Assembly (NCBI GenBank): GCA_012295275.1 | Contig: CM022671.1 | Span: 25,358,001-25,422,000, forward strand | Length of the DNA: 64,000 bases | From: Chrysomallon squamiferum | Taxonomy: Eukaryota; Animalia; Mollusca | Direction: 5' to 3' | Part shown: piece by piece, positions 26,101-34,570 of the stretch | How the letters are laid out: every line of letters starts with the position of its first letter | How positions within the stretch are numbered: position 1 is the first letter of the stretch | Translations under genes and position numbers: made by a program | Notes under the pieces: model-generated | What the model saw: only the letters and a program-made list of their open reading frames with translations | The model's database searches: none | Told to the model about the DNA's origin: nothing

Positions 26101-29100
26101 TTGTAACTATTAATTTAGTTTGGCTTTTACTGCAGTAAAATGTTTTAAGACTTCAGTTTTGTTTTAATTACAAATATTATATATAAAGAAGAATGACAAA
26201 TAAAAATTCCTGTATTTTAAACCTTTTGTTCTGATAAATAATTATTATTAACTGCTAATGTTTATATAATGAATCAGCTGATTCTGTAAAAAATTTTAAT
26301 ATAAAATTAATACACCATTCACACTATTTTATTTAATTTTATTTTTTGATGATTATTTTAATTACAGTTTTTGATAATAAAAGAATCTTACAGAGAGGAT
26401 AAGATATAATTTTTATATAGGTGTAAACATATTTTTTTGTTTTAAAAGAAAAAATTTCAACAAAAGTGATATATAATATTAATAATGTTTGTTAAAAGAC
26501 TGATGGTGAACCATCATCTGAAGAAGACATGGACAAACTCTGCAAATATATTTATGCTAAGGACAGTACTGACCGACTGAGAACCCGTGCCATTCTGTGT
26601 CACATTTACCATCATGCACTGCACGATCGCTGGTTCCAGGCTCGGGACCTTATGTTGATGTCACATCTACAGGACTCAATTCAGCATTCAGACGTACCAA
26701 CTCAGGTTGGTGTTTTGAATCATAATCAATTTGTTTAATGTTTGTTTCATCTCTGTTTATATTATAAAATAAAAATCAGATATTTTTTTTTTTTAAATTT
26801 AAACTTTGTTGAAAATTAAAATTACTAATTGTGGTTGAAAAAAAAATAAAATAAAATAAACATGAAAAAGTAAGTTTTTAGTCTTATTTGTTCTCAGTAC
26901 TAAGACTCCAAAAATGTATAAACTGTAATCTTCTGAACATATTTTCTAATTTGAATCTGCATGTAAAAAGTAAGACGACGGTAATCTGTATGTTAGAAAT
27001 AAAATAAAGATATTCTATATGATGTTCAAGTTTTTGTTACATTGACACTGTTTTCAGATAATGTACAACAGAACGCTGGTACAGTTGGGTTTGTGTGCGT
27101 TCCGCCAGGGAATGATTCGCGACGCACACAATGCCCTCGTTGACATACAGAGCAGCAACAGAGCTAAGGAGCTGCTTGCTCAGGTAAAATTTTGTATTTT
27201 TATCATCCTCTTTATAAGAAATGGTTTTAGAAAATCAGTCAAAAGTGCTTTTTACACTTTTTATTATTAAAAGAAGCTCTTATTGGCATTACACTTTTAT
27301 TGCTCTTTTTTGTGTTTTTAAAAGAAACATTTTTTTAAAGGTATATTTAACAATTCTTGGCAGGATTATTTATCACAGAGGAATTAATTATCATCACAAA
27401 AATTATAATGAAACAAAATAAGTTTTTACCATCATGCCCTTATGATTACAAGATTACTTGTGATTTTTTTTCATAATCCAGTGACAACATTCAGATACAT
27501 AAAGAATTTTTTTTCTCATGTTTATTTGCTTGTAGAACAATTTGATATTTAATATTAAAACTTGTAACAATTAAAAATTATTTTTTATATTACAATATAT
27601 GAAACAAAATCTTATCTTTTTCATTCAGGGCCTACTGCCACAGAGACAACATGAAAGAACCCCAGAACAGGAAAAAATTGAAAAACGTAGACTATTTCCT
27701 TTCCACAAACACATAAACCTTGAACTGCTGGAGTGTGTGTATCTTGTCTCTGCAATGCTGCTCGAGATTCCATACATGGCAGGTAAAATCAGCTGTTAGA
27801 CAACCCAAAATACTCATTGTAACACATGTTTATAGTATCATACACTTCATTTAGCAACTTCATCTCTAATTTGTCTTTATTCTTTATGCATACCAGTAGA
27901 CCCAATATGGTGACTTGTACCAAATCTGGGGGGAAAGTGTATGCAACATAGTTTTGATGCAGGTTGAATTTAATCTGTGTCTGCCAATATGTTATGGCAG
28001 ATGTGTTTATTCACTGCTTACATAACTTTATTTAAACAAAAGCCTTTAGTCCATACCAGGAAATATATTTTTGTTGATCCAGTTAAACAAAAGATTTAAT
28101 TACAACTCTTTGCATCCAGCATTAAGACTGTAAGTATTCTAGGGACCAGTTTATTCAATTTCTGTCATTCAAGGCAGGTTTTAGGAAGGTAAGTACTCTG
28201 TATAATCTGAAATTTAATTACTAAATGTAATATCTTTACAGATCTTTTTATCTTTTCTGAGTTTTTTTTTTATCTTTGCATAATATATTTCAATGTATGG
28301 TAATTAATCATATTTAGTTTTTACTTTGCATACCAGTAGACCCAAAATGGTATACTTCATTATATTTTGGAGGGAAAGTGTGTGCAATATCATAGATGCA
28401 TTTGAATCAAATCTGTACAAACTAATATATAGTTTATTACATTTGAATCACTGATGACAACTCTTGCTTATTTCTGAACCATAAGACGGCTATTTTTCTG
28501 ATTTTATTAATTTCTGACTTTTAAACAGGTAAGTTCTATGTTTCACACATTTAACTACTTTTTTGCTTTAGTTCCAGTAAATGGAGCTAGTTTCAGGTAA
28601 TTCATTAAATGATAATGTGGTTACAAATTACTATATCACTGAATTGTATCTGGTTCTTTGACACAGTTTGTAAAATCTTTCATATTCAGTTTGGTTTTCC
28701 TTAATGCATACTTGTAGACCCAGTATTGTATTCTCTATATACTACTTCTGGGGGGAAAGTGTATGCAATATAATCCATGCAGATGGTTGTAAATTGTATC
28801 TGTCTGTTTATCATGACAAATATATTGATTCACTGCTGACAGTTCTTTTCCTAAATTACATCATTTATTCATAACTCAGTTATTTTTAATTATTTCAATT
28901 TACTTTTGTTAAAATAAACTAATATATTTTCTACAAATATCTGGCCTTTATTTAAATGAATTATTTAGTTATATTGTTAAATTGTGCACATCCAGAACTC
29001 ATTTTGCTGATCTTGTTGCAGTAGTTATAACAGTACAGTAATGGCAACCTGACAGATTTACAAAAAATATTACTTAGATGTAAAAAAAATGTTTAGGGTT

Positions 29101-32100
29101 AACTTGGCTTTTATTCAGTTTTAATTCCTAATGACTGCATATCTGTAGACCCAGAATGGTTCATACTACCATATTTGGGGGGAAAGTATATGCAATATTA
29201 TAAATGCTCTGAAATCAAAATTGTATTTGCTTTTGCTGTAATGCTAATACAGTATCTAACAGCTAACAGATTATTTTCCTTATAAAGTAACATTTTATAA
29301 ATCTATAGTTCCTTTGAGAATCCAATTTATTTTTGTTTAATTATTCTGTTTTCAAATTGAAATGTTCAGATTCTTTAAAAGTGACTTTTCAATATCAGTG
29401 ATTAATTATTATATATTTACAATGGATTTTTTATTATTATTATTATTATTTTTTTATTATTACCATTGTTTTATTAATTTCTTACACCTAACATCATTAA
29501 TGTTCATTTTATTGTTTATTTTAAAAAGATAGAGAGAAATACTGAAAGTGTTGTGATTGTCCATTTTAGCTCATGAACTTGACATTCGACGTCGAATGAT
29601 CAGCAAGAACTTCCATCACGTGATGAAAATGAGTGACAGACAGACTCTGACAGGTCCCTCCAGAGAGCATGAGGGAGCACGTAGTTTCCGCTTCCAAGGC
29701 AATGAAGATGGGAGACTGGAAAGCCTGCAAAAACTTCATCATCAATGAAAAGATGAATGCAAAGGTGATTTTGTATTTTAGGGTGTCTACAGACAGTAAT
29801 AAAAAATTCCTCTTGTTAAACTTTGAAAAAAAAACTCTTATTAAACTTTGAAAAAACCCATACATTTATGTGTATAATTGTGAAAAAACAGACATTTTTA
29901 GATATCTTGATAGATTTTTTAATAGGAAGTATTTTAACACTTGATATTCCATTCATATGTTTGGCTTGTGTTTGTGTGTCTATGTAGATCTGTAATCACA
30001 ATTTTAAAGTTGTTTCCTTTCTCATAAGAAAAGACCCAAATGTACATTTCTGTCATCTTAATTTGACAGATTGTTTCCTGATGCAGTTGCAGTGATTTAG
30101 CATTTTCCTAACTATAGATCTTACTTTTGCAGGTATGGGATCTGTTTTACCAGAAGGACAAGGTGCGAGATATGATAGTAAACAAGATACAGGAGGAGAG
30201 TTTGAGGACATACCTGTTTACATACAGCAGTGTTTACGACTCACTCATCATGGATCACCTCGCTGAAATGTTTGAACTGGACAAGTCTGTCGTCCACTCC
30301 ATCATCAGCAAGATGATCATCAATGAAGAGCTGATGGTAAAGTCTGAGAAATAATTCTGTCAAAATCTTGTCTCTGAATTTAATTTTAAAAATGTGACTG
30401 ATGATCATAACCTGTATTATAGATCAGTATATGAATCGTGATGTCATTGAAGAGCTGATGGTAAAATGTAAGAAATAATCATCATGAAAACGCCTTTCTG
30501 AATTTAATTTTAAAAATGTGATTTCATAAATAAACTATTTTGATATGATAGTTTAAATTTCAGTCTCAGGTAGGTAATTACATTTTATATAATCTCCAAT
30601 TTTTATAAAACATTCAGAATGAATTATAATAATAATAAGAATAACAGCAGTAACAACAACCAAATTAAATTTCATCATCTACAGCAGATCAACTTTGTAA
30701 TTATTTTACTTGATGTACTGATTTAAAAGAGATTTTATTACAATTACATTATGTGAATGTACTGATTTAAAAGAGGTTTTATAACAATTACATTATGTCA
30801 ATGTACTGATTTAACACGGAATGAGATAGAATGAATGTGTGGATGATTGCAGGCCTCGCTAGACCAGCCTACCCAGACAGTGAACATGCACAGGACAGAG
30901 CCAAGTCGACTGCAGTCCCTGGCTCTGCAGTTAGCAGAGAAAGTGTCCACTCTGGTGGAGAATAATGAACGCATCATGGAGATAAAACAGGGAAACTATT
31001 ATTTCCCAAAACAAGTAAGTCTTTCTTCTTGGTTTTTGTTCCATTTTTTTTTTTTTTTTAATTTTTTTAAATGATGTATGTAGCTTCTGCAGTTAAGAAA
31101 AAATTACTTTAAAAAAAGTTGTGGGAAAAAAAAAAAAAATAATTTTTGAAAAAAGTTGGATTGGAAAAAGATGTTTTGAAAAAAAGTTTTAAATAAAGTT
31201 TCAGTAGAATGAATAAAATTGATAATATTGCTGATTATTTCAAACAACAGTTGCATGGGTTGATGTTTATTGTCTTTTTGTAGTTTACATGATTTCACCC
31301 CTTTGTTTAACAATCTTTTTTATTTTTTAATAGTTTATCAACTTTTTTTTTTTTTTTTTAATGATTTTAAACAACTAACCTTTTTTGCTTTTAGAAGTTT
31401 TGTAGTGTGCTTTGTACTTACATTTTTAACTGTTTATTTTTTGTTCCCTTTGACAACATAATAACATAATAAAATTTCACTGGTGACCTTAGTAATGAAA
31501 AGCTTGTTATGCATTGTTTAGAATCTGCACTTCCATTACTGTCATATATAGATAATTTTAAAAAAATTAAAAATATATAACATTAAACAATAAAACATAC
31601 AAAAGGAGACTTTATTACACCATACAAATCAATCAACATTGATAATACAAATGTAATTCGCAATATTGTAAACTTTAAATTTCAAAGGTTTGATGGTTCT
31701 CTCTTTTAAAAAGCTTAATACCTTACTGAATTTGAGGAATTTATTCACTAAAGAAATTTCTTTAATAAGTAAAATTCTTTTCTGGAAAGATTCTTAATAA
31801 AAATATTAATAAAGAATGTCAGGCTGTTTTAATTTTACTGGTTTTATTTGGCCAGACGTGATCAAATGCATCTGTCATAGAACTAATTAATGCAGAAAAA
31901 TGCCAAAACCACAGTTAGTTTCTATTTGGAAACTATTGCTGTGAAAACACTGCAGAACTCACCAAACAGTTTTGAAAATAATGGAATGAAAATTTTCCAA
32001 ATGTAAATACGTGGGGAAAAACTCTTTACACCATTTCTGCAAACAATAATATAATTCAACAAATTTTATTCAGTTACTTTTTCAAACAAAGCTTAATTTT

Positions 32101-34530
32101 ATTTGTTTTGCGTTACGTTAAAATAGTGTTACTGTTAGAGTTCGTTTTTCTTTTTACTAACTGCATGATGACAACTCTTTTCACAGAAGCTGTGTTGTGA
32201 CTGGTAAGGCTTGACACAGATCTATATGTGGTGACTGGAATGGTGGTGGCACCTTCACTGTAATCCACAGAAATAAGCTTTAAATATCTCAAACTGATAA
32301 AAGAAAAAGAGAAAATTTTAATCAATGTTTTATAACATCATTTAATTTTAAAATATTTAAATATTTCAATTCCAGTACTTGTTTTAGGGAAGATAAATTA
32401 TGGATTTGAATTTGAATTTGAATTTTAATCATTTGTGTCAAGGAAATTACAGGCACATTTCATATTTTATAATATGTTAGTGTGACGATGAATTTATTTT
32501 ATTTTAACATGTACTGAGTGAATGTTAAAATAAAGCATTTCACTAACTTGTATCGTGAAAGTTATAGTTGTGTTTTGTTATGATTAGTACTGCACTTAAG
32601 TTTGTTTGTACACTGAATTTATCTGTCCTGTCACAGTGTAAAACTGTATAGATTAATAGTGTTTGTGATTTGATCAATTGTCAGGTGTGTACTTAAAAAT
32701 ATCAACGTCCAAATTTATGATAGATATATTAGGAACAGTTTAAAGAAATAATTTAAACATGTTTTCAAAAGGAAGCTATATTAATATTTTAAAATTTCTT
32801 GTTTTGTAAATTGTCAGTTTAATGTTTTTGGTTTCTTTGTGGTGAATGTGTAATTTAAAAACAATTGATTTTCTCTCTCTAACTGTTCTTTTACTTTTCC
32901 CTAAATAATCTGAAAAAAAGTGATTTGGTAATAATACTACACACATACATTACTTTATTTGTCACCAATCAGTCCGATAAAAATATAATCTCAGAATTCA
33001 TTACTACTAGCATTAAGATCTATTACATGACCCATAGCATTTTTGTTCAAGATATTCAACCATAATAATAAATTCACAAGTACATGGCTGAAACTGCAAC
33101 TACTCTATGTAGGGTAGAATTAAAACTTGGTATTCTTCATACGCTTTCTCAGTTCCTGCATGTTTCTCTGTAATTACTTTCTTCCAAAACTTTCACTCCT
33201 TTTCCCTGTTCTTCCTCTTTTATAATCATCATGATATATGTCAAAATCCTTGCTGCCGAGGTTTGAATATTTACCTGTCGTATATGTGTCATCGATACAT
33301 AATTTGGCCGTTTGCTCTTATTTTAATCTGATTATGCAAAAAGTTGGGTAAAAGATATTAACCTTTATCTTGCATGTTAATGTATTTTTCTGAAATGAAA
33401 TCTGTGCCTTCCTTACATTTAAAGTGGATCCATATGTCAATAAAGTTAACTGTCCATTTTATTAACAAAATTACCCAAATAAATCAATAAGATAAGATCA
33501 AATAAGGTCCTGTCTACCAATGGAAATTCTTCTGCTGTTTTTATTACCATATCATTTTTAGATGGTAAATGTAAAAAAATTATTCCACTATTTAATTATC
33601 TTGCTTTCAGAGTTTGAACTTTTGTGACAGCTGTTTATAATAGTTTATATAAATATTTGTGAATCTTCCAGTTAACAAAATAAGTACAGCGATAAACACT
33701 TTTTATGTAACAGTAAACAAAATGCAATTATTTATTGTTGATTTATTCACTAATTCACAGATAGACATTTTGAATATATAGATCTGTGAGTGTGTACATG
33801 TGTGTGTCTTAAGAAAAAAATAATCTTATGTGTTTTATTAAATTGTATTATATATATATATATATTGTCTTAATTTATACTTTAGTTATTATTAGATAGG
33901 TTTGCACATTTATTGTATTTACAACAGGAAGAAGAAGAATTTTTTTTCCTAAAAAACCTATAAAATCATAAGAAATCATTGTTAGAAAAGTATGTAGCAG
34001 TAGCAAGCTGTTAATTATTATAATTTGTTTTTCACACTGTATGTTATTGGACCTTGTGTCTTTCAGATCAACCACAGTACTATCAACAAAATCAAAGCCA
34101 AAACTGGAGTAAGTATACCTTTAGTTTTATTGTTAACATATACCTGTATTAGAAACTTAAATTTTACACTTAAATGCATGAAGGTTTGGATGTTCCTGAA
34201 CTGCTCAAACCATTGGAATAGAAAAACGGTGGTAAAGTATTACTGTAACAGTTAACAACTGAAATACTCTGATAATATGTCCTTAAAATAGATCTTAATT
34301 TTTGACAGTTTACAGCAAATATTAAAGATAAAAAATTGTGAAACCTTAAATTTTCTTGTTTTCAGAGTAAAATAGTATTAGACCTGTTCATCAAAAAAAA
34401 CAACCCAAAAACATGAATTTTAATAAACTGTTTTGGAAATACATTTAAAATGTATCACTGTAATAAGGTTATTGTGTTCAGTTTAATTTTTTAAAATTAC
34501 TTTCTGCAATTTTAACCTTTTTTTCTTCTT

Positions 34531-34570
<40 letters not shown>

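Noticed and set aside
27886-29271. Regularly spaced repeats with unique spacers read as a CRISPR-like array or as a SINE/MITE family
   Set aside because: The context is a eukaryotic intron. The units are about 140 nt with hairpin-H-hairpin-ACA architecture and rRNA complementarity, and show no target-site duplications, A/B boxes or cas genes.
29654-29663. GTCCCTCCAG as a 10-nt GT-AG micro-intron that would restore the eIF3c frame
   Set aside because: Far below the spliceosomal minimum, and it would delete the conserved GPP residues. A 1-bp consensus error is simpler.
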